Below, piece after piece: positions 11,501 to 18,795 of a stretch of 62,758 nt of DNA. The translations under genes were made by a program, and so were the position numbers. Every line of letters begins with the position of its first letter. Within the stretch, counting starts at the first letter, position 1. Source of the DNA: Acidobacteriota bacterium. Its GTDB lineage: Bacteria > Acidobacteriota > UBA6911. The notes under the pieces are model-generated. The model was not told the DNA's origin. It worked only from the letters and a program-made list of their open reading frames with translations, and made no database searches. The stretch is from the NCBI GenBank assembly GCA_016934555.1, contig JAFGSS010000001.1, positions 1 to 62,758 of the forward strand, written 5' to 3'.

Positions 11501-12364
11501 CCTTTCGTGACCCGGCTCCACCTCAAGATGGACGCCAGCGCGTTCTGGCAGCAGGAGACGCGCTCCTTCTTTTCGGCGAAGCGCATCGGGTTCTCCCTGA
11601 TGCAGGAGCGGGGGCTTCCCCGGAGTTTCCGCCTCGATTACGGCTACCGCTACGATCACGTCCGCTGGAACGGACTGCCGCCCGACCCGATCCTCTTCCA
11701 GGCCAGCGACCCCGTCGCCCGGCTGACCGGGACGCTGACGCGCGACACGCGCGACAGCGTGCTCGACCCCACACGCGGGGAGTTCACCTCCCAAACATTC
11801 GAATTCGGCCCCCGCTGGCTCGGGTCCGAGGTCGGTTTCGCACGGTACTCGGGGCAATATTTCCGCTACCTCCCCCTGGACAAGTACCTGGGAAAACCGA
11901 TCGTGGACCGGAAAGGGGAACCGCTGCCGACGAACTTCGTCTACGCCGCGGCGCTGCGCCTGGGGCTGACGTCCCCCTTCGGGAAACAATCGCTGATCGC
12001 GCCCGAGCGCTTCTTCGCCGGGGGCGGCACCACCATGAGGGGGTTCGAGCAGGACCTGATGGGGCCGGTGGAGGAGCAGCCGGACGGCAGCCTGCGGCCG
12101 AGCGGGGGGGAAGCCATGTTCCTGCTCAACAACGAACTCCGCTTCCCGATCGTGGGCATCCTCCAGGGGGTGGCGTTCCTCGACATCGGCAACGTCTACA
12201 GGAAGCTGACCGACTTCGATTTCACCCTGCGCAAGACGGCCGGGGCCGGGCTCAGGCTGAAGATCCGGTCGATCCCCCTGCGGTTCGACTACGGGTTCAA
12301 GCTCGACCGGAAAACGGGTGAGAGCGGCGGAGAATTCTTCTTCAGCATAGGGCAGGCGTTCTAG
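5558..12364 (+). CDS. Fusion protein: N-terminal membrane anchor + TamB/AsmA-like (DUF490) region + POTRA repeats + Omp85/BamA-TamA-type beta-barrel
   Basis: One continuous ORF. ATG at 5558 follows GGGGAGAG (the track's GTG start is 5546). A TM helix (IIKALAALAVFVALIPLLLLAPP) opens the protein. It is followed by about 1500 aa of beta-rich TamB-like sequence, ending in a DUF490-like block (LSSDPPLSERDILSLLLTGKT...YSMNLVNGGDQIWAAEYDIGRRLSTQATKQQDNSYRFEFRHDLRF, to about nt 10120). POTRA-like repeats start at FEIGSIEFLGEE (nt 10160). The Omp85 barrel carries the motifs FFAGGGTTMRGF, FLDIGNVY and GAGLRLKIRSIPLRFDYGF, and ends in the C-terminal beta-signal FFFSIGQAF. Confidence 0.85.
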   Translation: MKKRWIGRIIKALAALAVFVALIPLLLLAPPVGNWVFHKAGGYLRRSAKMELQADRVRLNLFTGSVRLENLSLAAARTPGLPPLLQADHAYADLGLLDAVRGVWTVETLQIHKPRVHYFVGPDGETNLPRTEASGDALPDLRILQAGLTDGALRWEDRRHGLWIELPRWDLAVEGNRESRAHRITFAGRQVSTFTLGDFSIPVDSVDFAGVMDGPLWRIDSARVGAARSTLEFGGSVRNLRELDLELAPGLDAGAIAEAAGYGGRIAGRVSGTIGVRGPLDNLRIEGRLAGEGVKLEGVPPLDLRLAADLEWDAAGERVSIGSLDLASPLGSLGAEGTLCAGEECGTSALRARLRDVDLLPFARSLGLPFRLASRVGGTVSVEWRGKPALANIRANASLELGSTRPAPEADLLPVSATVDAEFASGRLRGHIRSLSVLGARATGEFTLRSFRILEGHLQGEAADLDDSMQQLVRFLGHPESPAGVSLAGNLNFDVRAAGELDDLEVEAGLDAPSLAIAGLGGMGTEARAVYRNGTLSFQNNLRLPGEGLLEAQGLLDFGGDEPRLRLAAKSAAPVPLEALNSLLGRSIPMSGTLETSLRLGGPVDNLAGDLSITGEALSLYELPLGRLDILLGLADREIRSSRIRMSRNPEHPSADLLTARVSYSLDTGRYELEAEGAGLALVPAHLPGGAQINGTLSLEASGTGTIENPSFDLQLGSNDLHAWRKPLGPVSVTARIRGPEAGIRALAPDLDLSSDAALTLRDPWPFQVTVQARDSDLAAAGLVWRGRPVTGSLRADISGSGELGDLEASRIEALIEEVAARAGGLEVRTGAAAGIHYRDRSLEFAPPLALAGGHSAIELGGRLPIRAAAPAGTVNLKGRLDLADTGKVFTPPEGFGLEGVLDLDLVLSGAYGDFAITGGFGLDAGTIFIPKAAVPMTEASAHAKIEDGVLVLERAAAKWGKGSIGLSGTVPLGLLPEDLPLEFARRPGPAEFVLDVENLAPEATGFLPEGISGLVSLRARGRAEHPDLKALDGDIRFGTLDFKVDTIGFSQAEPVLIEIRRGVAAIARLALSGPETRIEASGTAGVYPRGPLDLAVEGSLDAGLLGVFSEGVKTAGELRIDARVTGALDAPVLSGRAEMDNGKLALQSPRLAADDLKVRLDLTSDSIIVRELTGVLNGGAMSVEGSIGYHDGIHNGIDLEASVRDVFLDFPEGLKSASSGNLTMKSGEDTIVVGGSLRIMESAYRDSIEVGGQLVNYLKSQQVVTLGEEPNPFLDRLRFNIAVRTVTPLLVQNNIARVEASATNLRLVGSYADPSVIGRITLGEGGEIVLNQQTYYINRGVITLVNQSRIEPEFNIQAQTKIDIYEITLQLIGNPDRMSTLLSSDPPLSERDILSLLLTGKTVAETQGREMQMARTQALSLIAGQAGAGVTNEARKALHLSTLRIDPGLIASESNPGARLTIGEDVTRALSLVYSMNLVNGGDQIWAAEYDIGRRLSTQATKQQDNSYRFEFRHDLRFGGAGARRGAQRQAARFEIGSIEFLGEEAHSEKDLMDRFKNRTGDRYEFQKVQKGLDRLNDFYFSQNRLEADIRLQRETGEKTVDLKVGIDPGPVVEFDYGSFPLRKEVRERVARAWADGVFEAERLDEASLVIRRSLTESGFLQATVAAEMAEGDGRKRVRFAIDPGPHYADVPLSFPGAEGISPGALGELLEAADLEREIYVNPKKVADFLRRYYRNRGYLQAEVSPPEFRAAALETVIAVAEGPLFVIGELEFSGNKVFSYDELWMVIPTSSGSVYNPDSLRESVREMENLYHGQGYNDVSITFRVVQDTPGTRADVNFQITERRQSVIRDIVIEGNRDTRPGFVTRQIDFRVGDPLDYEKINEARRRLYSTGVYTTVDFQMEELPSEAPAPERKDMRVRVRLRETQPYRLQYGLFYDTDRGVGGLVEAQHLNLLGRATNLGLRLRYDSDLKEGRLYYHQPFVTRLHLKMDASAFWQQETRSFFSAKRIGFSLMQERGLPRSFRLDYGYRYDHVRWNGLPPDPILFQASDPVARLTGTLTRDTRDSVLDPTRGEFTSQTFEFGPRWLGSEVGFARYSGQYFRYLPLDKYLGKPIVDRKGEPLPTNFVYAAALRLGLTSPFGKQSLIAPERFFAGGGTTMRGFEQDLMGPVEEQPDGSLRPSGGEAMFLLNNELRFPIVGILQGVAFLDIGNVYRKLTDFDFTLRKTAGAGLRLKIRSIPLRFDYGFKLDRKTGESGGEFFFSIGQAF

Positions 12365-13164
12365 CCGCGCCCGCGGCTTCTCCCCTGGATCCAGCGGAAG
12401 ACGGGGTCACGCCCCTCCTCTCCGGGAACGCGCCGACGCCTGAGTTCCGCGAGGTTGCGCTCCATGATCGTGTGAACGTCCTCCATGAGACGGCGCTTTT
12501 CCCCCCTCGAGTAGGAGGCCAGGTCGATCGGGCGGTTCATCCTGATACGGATGACGGTGCCGGGGTTCACCTCGAGGGTCCTGGGCGCGATCACGCGGCT
12601 GCTGCCGTCGAGCGTCACCGGAACCAGGGGGACGCCTGCGCGCAGGGCCAGGGCGAAGGCCCCGCTGTGGAACGAGCCCAGTTCCCCCGTCCGGCTCCGC
12701 GTCCCTTCCGGGAAGGCGATGGCGCTGACGCCCCCGGCGATCGTCCCGGCCGCGGCCACGATGCTCCTGGCCGCTTCCCGGGGATTTTCCCGGTCGATGG
12801 GGATGTAGCCCGAACGCCGCATGTGCCACCCCATGAAGGGGACGTTGAAAAGCTGCTTTTTGGCGATCCAGCGGAACTGGATCGGCAGGTACGCCGCGAG
12901 CGACAGGATGTCGTGCAGCCCGCTGTGATTGGCCACGAAGATCTGCGGCCGGCGCGGATCGACATGTTCCAGCCCCTCGATCTCCACCCGGGCGCGGCTG
13001 AGCCAGAGGTTGTCCCGGGACCAGCGCCGCATGCAGAAGTGCTGGATCCGGCCGCTTCGGGACAGGAGGCTCCCCGCAAGCGACACCGTCGCCCAGAAGG
13101 CGGTGCTGAGCCCGCAGCCGGTCCAGCACCAGATCGTGTACGCCCCCGCCCGTCTGTTTTTCAT
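12361..13164 (-). CDS. plsC: 1-acyl-sn-glycerol-3-phosphate acyltransferase
   Basis: Acyltransferase motifs VANHSGLHD (HX4D) and AFPEGTRSRTG. The stop overlaps the stop of the convergent giant gene within the tetranucleotide CTAG (12361-12364). Confidence 0.9.
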   Translation of the reverse strand: MKNRRAGAYTIWCWTGCGLSTAFWATVSLAGSLLSRSGRIQHFCMRRWSRDNLWLSRARVEIEGLEHVDPRRPQIFVANHSGLHDILSLAAYLPIQFRWIAKKQLFNVPFMGWHMRRSGYIPIDRENPREAARSIVAAAGTIAGGVSAIAFPEGTRSRTGELGSFHSGAFALALRAGVPLVPVTLDGSSRVIAPRTLEVNPGTVIRIRMNRPIDLASYSRGEKRRLMEDVHTIMERNLAELRRRRVPGEEGRDPVFRWIQGRSRGRG

Positions 13165-13197
13165 TCGGAAGAATGTACCACAGCCGCCGGCGCGCGC

Positions 13198-13710
13198 CTA
13201 CGGCCCCGACCGCTCCCCGGCCCGCTCCGCCTCCCGCACCTTTTCGGCCTCCCGGGCCTTCTCCGCCTCCTCCAGCCACCCGCGGCGCAGCCGCTCCATG
13301 GGGATGCCGGAGGTGTAGGGCTTGATGTCGAGCACCGGCGTGCCGTCGAGCATGTCGACGCCCTTCAGCACGAGGCGCGCCCCTTCGCGCCGGATCAGTT
13401 CCACCGCCGTCAGCCCGATAGCGTTCGGCCGATGGGGGGAACGCGTGGCGAACACCCCGTGTTCCCTCCCGTCGGTGGGAGTCCCTCCCACCAGCGAGTA
13501 CCCGTCCGCCCGGTGGAACACCCAGAGGATCCAGAGATGGGAGAAACCCTCGATTTCCTCGAGGCCCGCGGCGAATTCGGGCAGGACCTCGAGAACCCCC
13601 TCCATGGTGTGCTCCGCCCCCAGCCCCTTGGGCACCTGGCTCGTTTCGGTGTAGGCGCTCCGGATATACCCGATCGGGCGCACCGTGTACTCTTCCGACC
13701 CTGGATTCAT
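13198..13710 (-). CDS. trmO: tRNA (t6A37) methyltransferase TrmO/TsaA (YaeB, UPF0066) family
   Basis: MNPGSEEYTVRPIGYIRS...FSHLWILWVFH...GVFATRSPHRPNAIGLT...GTPVLDIKPY. ATG at 13710 overlaps the upstream gene's stop (ATGA). The 489-aa ORF from 14667 is an out-of-context extension. Confidence 0.85.
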   Translation of the reverse strand: MNPGSEEYTVRPIGYIRSAYTETSQVPKGLGAEHTMEGVLEVLPEFAAGLEEIEGFSHLWILWVFHRADGYSLVGGTPTDGREHGVFATRSPHRPNAIGLTAVELIRREGARLVLKGVDMLDGTPVLDIKPYTSGIPMERLRRGWLEEAEKAREAEKVREAERAGERSGP

Positions 13711-15419
13711 TCCCCCCGCTCCTTCCTCGCGTACTCCGCCTCGAGCCGCAGGGCCGTAACGAATTCCGGCGCGACATCCACCGGGATCGATTGCAGTCGA
13801 TCCAGCATCCTCCCGACTTCGGGTCGGAGGACCCCCAGCCGCCCGAGCAGTTCCCGCGCCCGGGCGGCGTCCCCTTCCGCTTCGATCGTGAGGATCTCGC
13901 GCGTAAGCGCCCGCACCCCGTCCCGGATCTTTTCGCGCTTCACCCGGAAGGTGCCGTCCCCCGCCACCTCGAACGCGCCGTAATCGAGCAGGAAATTGAG
14001 CTGGACGGCGATCCCCCGCCCGTGCGCCTCGTTGATCCCGAAGCGGATCGAACGGAAAGCGGAAGCGAGGAAGGTGTCGTACACGCTCTCCTCGAGACCC
14101 CGGTCGAGCACCCCCTTGTCGGCAAGATACCCGAGGGCGAACAGGCCGGAGATGTCGGCCTTGGCCTCCTCGATCGCGCTGTAGGCGTCCGAGAGGGCCT
14201 GGCGCACGCTGATCTCCTCCCCGTCCACCACCGCCCGGTGCGGGCCCAGGCCGTGCATCAGTTCGTGCAGGACGGTGTGGGTGAAAAAGGCCTCGAAGCG
14301 GACCCTTTTCCCGTCGTCGGGAGCAAGTACGACGGCGGCGATGGGAGCCAGCACCTTGTCGAATTTCGCCTGCTGCACGTTCCGGAGCATGACGCGCTTG
14401 GCCCCCTTTTCCCGGATGACGCGCTCGTCGTTGGGAAGGTTGAAGGCCGCCGTCTGCACCCCGCGGTTGCCGTCCCCGGAGGCGAAGACCAGGTTCACCA
14501 CCCTGATGGGGGCCATCGCCCCGATCTTCGGGTTCCGGTAGCGGGGATCGACGGGAAGGTGGTCCTCGATCTCCTGCAGTTCGGCCCCGAGGCGCCCGAG
14601 CTTCCGGGTCTCCTCCTCGTCGCGGACGGCTATGAAGGCCTCGAAGGCAGCCTTGGCGTTGAACCACTCGTCTTCATAGACCTCGTAGGGCCCGATGGTC
14701 GGTTCGATCGCCCCCTCGATCCCCATCCAGGCCAGGTCGCTCGGGTAGTAATCGTTGTCGAGGAAAGCCTCCGCGCGCCCTTCAAGGTATTCCCTGAGGG
14801 TGGGTTCGGCCGTAAGCCCCGCGGCCTCCCGGAGCAGCCCGGCGCAGAGCGCCAGTTCCCCCTGGTACTCCAGGCTGTAGGGGATGGCGGCAAAAGCCCC
14901 GCCGTCGCCCGGCGCGTGCCGGATCACGGTGAAGAAGCCCCTGGCCTCCGACTCCTCCCCCGGCGGCAAAGACCGAAGCCACGCCTCCACCTCCGCCCTG
15001 GTCGAGCCGGCAGGATAGAAGCCGGCCCCGGCGGGCTTCGGGGGGACCCCCGCGATGAAACTTGCATTGTGGTCCAGGCGGGACCAGGGCCCCTTGTTGA
15101 GCAGAAAATGGTCGAGCCGGGCCCTTCCGAGCGGAGTCCCGTCGCGGAGCAGGTCGAGCAGCAGGGTTCCGTTCCCCGCCCAGACCTGGCGCAGGAAGAG
15201 GGAGTCCATGATCCTGGCGGCCTCCACCAGCCGGCCGAGGGCCCTGCGTTCCCCCTCGGGCAGCAGTGACACCTCGGCCGAAATCTCCACCGGGGCGAAT
15301 CGTTCGGTCATGGCCTGGAATTTTTCGAGATCGGGCATGGACGCCTCCGCTGCACTCAGGAAAACACCGGCAGCCGCCAGTAAAACCTTCGCCTTGTTCA
15401 TGGAACCAGCATACCTCAT
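13707..15419 (-). CDS. Secreted zinc metallopeptidase, M49 (DPP III)-like with HExxH variant
   Basis: Signal-peptide-like N-terminus (MNKAKVLLAAAGVFLSAAEA). It carries HELMHGLGPH plus a downstream IEEAKADISG second metal motif. ATG at 15419 is preceded by GGAAGG. Confidence 0.65.
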   Translation of the reverse strand: MRYAGSMNKAKVLLAAAGVFLSAAEASMPDLEKFQAMTERFAPVEISAEVSLLPEGERRALGRLVEAARIMDSLFLRQVWAGNGTLLLDLLRDGTPLGRARLDHFLLNKGPWSRLDHNASFIAGVPPKPAGAGFYPAGSTRAEVEAWLRSLPPGEESEARGFFTVIRHAPGDGGAFAAIPYSLEYQGELALCAGLLREAAGLTAEPTLREYLEGRAEAFLDNDYYPSDLAWMGIEGAIEPTIGPYEVYEDEWFNAKAAFEAFIAVRDEEETRKLGRLGAELQEIEDHLPVDPRYRNPKIGAMAPIRVVNLVFASGDGNRGVQTAAFNLPNDERVIREKGAKRVMLRNVQQAKFDKVLAPIAAVVLAPDDGKRVRFEAFFTHTVLHELMHGLGPHRAVVDGEEISVRQALSDAYSAIEEAKADISGLFALGYLADKGVLDRGLEESVYDTFLASAFRSIRFGINEAHGRGIAVQLNFLLDYGAFEVAGDGTFRVKREKIRDGVRALTREILTIEAEGDAARARELLGRLGVLRPEVGRMLDRLQSIPVDVAPEFVTALRLEAEYARKERGE

Positions 15420-15482
15420 TTGACCTTCCCGGGCAGGCCAAATCGGGCCGCGTCCGGGCACCTCGCGCGCCGCCGGGCGAGG

Positions 15483-15511
15483 TTGCAATGAGGGGTCGGA
15501 TTCTCTATGAT
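15483..15511 (+). promoter_or_regulatory. Sigma70-like promoter candidate for top6B/top6A
   Basis: TTGCAA (15483-15488), an exact 17-nt spacer, then TATGAT (15506-15511), about 20 nt upstream of the GTG at 15532. Confidence 0.45.
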
Positions 15512-15531
15512 GTGCCTTTCCAAACCGGGGA

Positions 15532-17133
15532 GTGCACGTGACCGAGACTCGAGCCGCAGCCGCAGGGACCCGCAAGCGCCAGACCGCGGAAAGCATGGCC
15601 GCGCGCCAGCGTGAAATTTCTATTTCGGAATTTTTCAGCAAGAACCGGCACCTGCTGGGATTCGACAACCCGCAAAAGGCGCTGCTGACGGCGGTCAAGG
15701 AGGCGGTGGACAACTCGCTCGACGCCTGCGAGGAGGCGGGCTTCCTCCCCTCGATCCGCATCGCCATCCGGCAGGTCGGGGAAGACCGCTTCCGCGTGTC
15801 CGTGGAGGACAACGGGCCCGGGATCGTCAAGGCGCAGATCCCGAAGATCTTCGGCAAGCTCCTGTACGGATCGAAGTTTCACACGCTCAAGCAGGCGCGG
15901 GGGCAGCAGGGGATCGGCATCTCGGCGGCCGGGATGTACGGGCTGCTCACCACCGGGAAATCGATCGTCATCACCTCCCGCACCGGCGCGGGCAAGCCGG
16001 CGCACTACTACGAGATCCAGATCGACACCCGGAAGAACGCGCCCCAGATCATCACCGACAGGATCATCGACTGGGACCCCCCGCACGGGACCCTGGTGGA
16101 AATCGAGCTGATCGGGACCTACAAGAAGGGACGGCACTCGGTCGAGGACTACGTGCGCCAGACGGCCATCGCCAACCCCCATTGCGAGATCTTCTACACC
16201 CCCCCCGACGCGGCCGAACCGATGCACCTGGTCCGGGGCTCGGAACTGCTGCCCCCGGAGCCCCGGGAAATCAAACCCCACCCCTACGGGGTGGAACTCG
16301 GCGTGCTCATCCGGATGATGAAGGAGACCTCCGCCCGCCAGCTGGGCGCCGCCCTGCAGAAGGATTTTTCGCGCGTGAGCGCGAAGATCGCGGCGGAGAT
16401 CTGCAAGGCGGCCGGGCTGCGGCCCAGCGCCAACCCCCATACCCTTCCGGGACAGGAGGCGGAGAGGCTCTACAAGGCGATCAACGGCGTGAAGATCATG
16501 AGCCCGGCGACCAACTGCCTCTCCCCCATCGGGGAGGAGCAGATCCTGGCGGGCCTCCGCAAGGAAATCGACGCCGATTTCTTCACCGCCATCACGCGCT
16601 CGCCGGCGGTCTACCGGGGCAACCCCTTCCAGATCGAGGTCGGACTCGCCTACGGCGGGCGCCTCCCGGGGGACGAGCTGGTGGACCTGCTCCGCTTCGC
16701 CAACCGCGTCCCCCTGCAGTACCAGCAGTCGGCCTGCGCCATCACCAAGGCCGTGCTCGGCATCGACTGGCGCAGCTACGGGCTGCCACAGTCCAAGGGG
16801 GCGCTCCCGACAGGGCCCGTGGCGCTGTTCGTGCACATGGCTTCCGTCTGGGTCCCCTTCACTTCGGAGAGCAAGGAGTCGGTGGCCCCCTATCCCGAAA
16901 TCCTGCGCGAGCTGCGCCTGGCGCTGCAGGAATGCGGGCGCAAGCTCGCCAGCCACATCCGCGCCCACCGCCGGGCGGCCGAAGAGGAAAAGAAGAAGTC
17001 GTACATCGAGAAATACATCCCGCACATCGGCATCGCCCTGCGCGAAATCCTGGCGCTCTCGGAGCGCGAGGAGCGGGAGGTCGTCACCACCCTGGTCGAC
17101 GTCCTCGAACGGAGCCGCGGCAGGGAACAATGA
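15532..17133 (+). CDS. top6B: DNA topoisomerase VI subunit B
   Basis: REISISEFFSKNRHLLGFDNPQKALLTAVKEAVDNSLDACEEAG is a Bergerat/GHKL ATPase N-terminus typical of Top6B. GPGI and GQQGIGISAA motifs are present. Length 533 aa. An alternative ATG start lies at 15595. Confidence 0.9.
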   Translation: MHVTETRAAAAGTRKRQTAESMAARQREISISEFFSKNRHLLGFDNPQKALLTAVKEAVDNSLDACEEAGFLPSIRIAIRQVGEDRFRVSVEDNGPGIVKAQIPKIFGKLLYGSKFHTLKQARGQQGIGISAAGMYGLLTTGKSIVITSRTGAGKPAHYYEIQIDTRKNAPQIITDRIIDWDPPHGTLVEIELIGTYKKGRHSVEDYVRQTAIANPHCEIFYTPPDAAEPMHLVRGSELLPPEPREIKPHPYGVELGVLIRMMKETSARQLGAALQKDFSRVSAKIAAEICKAAGLRPSANPHTLPGQEAERLYKAINGVKIMSPATNCLSPIGEEQILAGLRKEIDADFFTAITRSPAVYRGNPFQIEVGLAYGGRLPGDELVDLLRFANRVPLQYQQSACAITKAVLGIDWRSYGLPQSKGALPTGPVALFVHMASVWVPFTSESKESVAPYPEILRELRLALQECGRKLASHIRAHRRAAEEEKKKSYIEKYIPHIGIALREILALSEREEREVVTTLVDVLERSRGREQ

Positions 17134-17191
17134 AGCCCGGGCCCATCGGCAACGGAGCCTGAAAACACGAACCCTGGTTGGAGTCGACCCC

Positions 17192-18319
17192 ATGGCGAAG
17201 AAATCAGAAACCGGGAAAAAGGCCGCGCCCAGCTCGGGCAAAGCCGTCCTCAAGGCGATCGTAAGCTCGGCGGAGGATATCCGGCGCAAGATCATGGCGG
17301 GCAGGAAGCCGACCATGAAGCTCCCGGTCCGCTCCCTTTCCAACGTCCGGTACCAGCCCGAGCGCGGATTCTTTGAAATGAAGGGGCAGAAGAAGGAACG
17401 GACGCTCACGGTGAACACCGTCAAGACCTTCGCCCAGACCCTGCGCATGGTGGCGCTCTCGAAGGAGCTGGTGGAAAACGACGACATCGCAACCAAGAGG
17501 GAGGCCTACTACGTTTCCAAGAACTGGGAGGAGGCGCGTTTTGCCGAGCAGCCGGAATCTGACACCGTCATGGACGACGTCGAGGCCTTTTTCGGCGTCA
17601 ACCGCGAGCAGCTCGGCTTCATCCCCGAGGAAAAGGGGGGGGACGTCGCCGGCCGCCTGGTCGTGATCGACCGCGACCGCGACACGGGGCAGACGCTCCG
17701 GATCGACTGCACCCGGTTCGGGTCGGGCGCCTACAGCATCCCGATTTCCGTGGAAGACCTCAAGTTCGAGACCCAGGCCGATTTCATCCTCGCCATCGAG
17801 ACCGCGGGGATGTTCCAGCGCCTGGTGAAGCACAACTACTGGAAGAAGGCCAACTGCATCCTGGTCAGCATGGGGGGGGTCCCGACGCGCGCCTGCCGCC
17901 GCTTCATCCGCCGCCTGGCCGACTTCAAAAAGATCCCGGTCTACGTCTTCGTCGACGGGGACCCCTACGGGATCACCAACATCTACCGCACCCTCAAGGT
18001 GGGGAGCGGCAACGCCGCGCACCTCAACGAATACTTCTGCGTCCCCCAGGCCACCTTCCTGGGGATCACGCCCCAGGACGTCATCGACTACAAGCTCCCC
18101 ACCCACCCCCTGAAGGACGTGGACATCAAGCGCGCGCGGGACGCCATCAAAAACGACCCCTTCATCAAACACTACCGGCCGTGGATCAAGGCGATGGAGC
18201 AGATGCTCAAGATGGGGGTGCGCGCCGAACAGCAGGCGCTGGCCAAGCACGGGCTCAACTACGTCATCGAGGAGTACCTGCCCCAGAAGCTCAGCCACCC
18301 CGAACGCTTTTTGCCGTAG
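17192..18319 (+). CDS. top6A: DNA topoisomerase VI subunit A (Spo11-like)
   Basis: REAYYVS (catalytic Tyr region) and the Toprim motifs LAIETAGMF and VDGDPYGI. It follows top6B directly. Confidence 0.9.
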   Translation: MAKKSETGKKAAPSSGKAVLKAIVSSAEDIRRKIMAGRKPTMKLPVRSLSNVRYQPERGFFEMKGQKKERTLTVNTVKTFAQTLRMVALSKELVENDDIATKREAYYVSKNWEEARFAEQPESDTVMDDVEAFFGVNREQLGFIPEEKGGDVAGRLVVIDRDRDTGQTLRIDCTRFGSGAYSIPISVEDLKFETQADFILAIETAGMFQRLVKHNYWKKANCILVSMGGVPTRACRRFIRRLADFKKIPVYVFVDGDPYGITNIYRTLKVGSGNAAHLNEYFCVPQATFLGITPQDVIDYKLPTHPLKDVDIKRARDAIKNDPFIKHYRPWIKAMEQMLKMGVRAEQQALAKHGLNYVIEEYLPQKLSHPERFLP

Positions 18320-18340
18320 GGGACAGTCACCAGTGTCCCC
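18319..18340. repeat. Palindromic repeat element copy A (GGGGACAGTCACCAGTGTCCCC), a likely bidirectional terminator hairpin
   Basis: Stem GGGGACA/TGTCCCC with an 8-nt loop. It exactly fills the gap between the top6A stop (18317-18319) and the convergent GNAT stop (18340-18342). Near-identical copies lie at 20173 and 37926. Confidence 0.7.
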
Positions 18341-18795
18341 TATTCCTTCATCCACTCGAACAGGCGGTAATGCCCGTCGTCCATGCCGCAGTGCCGGTAG
18401 ACGGCGGCGGCATTGCGGTTGCCGCGCTCCACGTAGAGCCGGATCCCGTGGACATCCGTGCGCTCCGCCGCCTCCCGCTTCACCCGGCCGAACATCTCCC
18501 TGAATGCGCCCGCGCCCCGGCAATCGGGGACCACGTATACGGAGTGGACCCAGAGCACCTCGCCCCCCCGCCAGTCGCTCCATTCGTAGAGCACCATCAG
18601 ACAGCCGGCGGGGCGGCCGTCCGCTTCCGCCACCAGGTAGTAACCCCGTTCGGGGCAGCCGAGGATATGCCGGACCCCCTTCCCCACCCTCTCCGGGTCC
18701 AGGACCTTCCCTTCGGTCTCCAGCGCCATGGCGACCTGAAACGCCGCCAGTGCCGGGGCGTCACCGGGCCCGGCCCTGCGAACTCTGAATTCCAT
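18340..18795 (-). CDS. GNAT family N-acetyltransferase
   Basis: MEFRVRRAGPGDAPALAAF...VHSVYVVPDCRGAGAFREMF...NRNAAAVYRHCGM is a typical GNAT acetyl-CoA binding core. Confidence 0.8.
   Translation of the reverse strand: MEFRVRRAGPGDAPALAAFQVAMALETEGKVLDPERVGKGVRHILGCPERGYYLVAEADGRPAGCLMVLYEWSDWRGGEVLWVHSVYVVPDCRGAGAFREMFGRVKREAAERTDVHGIRLYVERGNRNAAAVYRHCGMDDGHYRLFEWMKE

Noticed and set aside
7424-11989. A 1521-aa ORF on the minus strand, antisense to the TamB-Omp85 gene
   Set aside because: The composition is Arg/Pro/Gly/Asp-rich and low in complexity, with no recognisable motifs. It lies entirely antisense to a gene with clear domain signatures. This is the typical stop-codon-poor antisense frame of GC-rich DNA.
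12407-13777. A 456-aa minus-strand ORF spanning plsC and trmO in another frame
   Set aside because: It is out of frame with two recognisable genes on the same strand, and its sequence is Arg/Gly/Pro-rich.
13711-14667. Long N-terminal extension of the trmO ORF (track ORF 13198-14667, 489 aa)
   Set aside because: The extension overlaps the M49-like peptidase gene in a different frame and is Arg/Gly-rich. The TrmO domain begins at MNPGSEEY (ATG at 13710), where an ATGA start/stop junction couples it to the peptidase gene.
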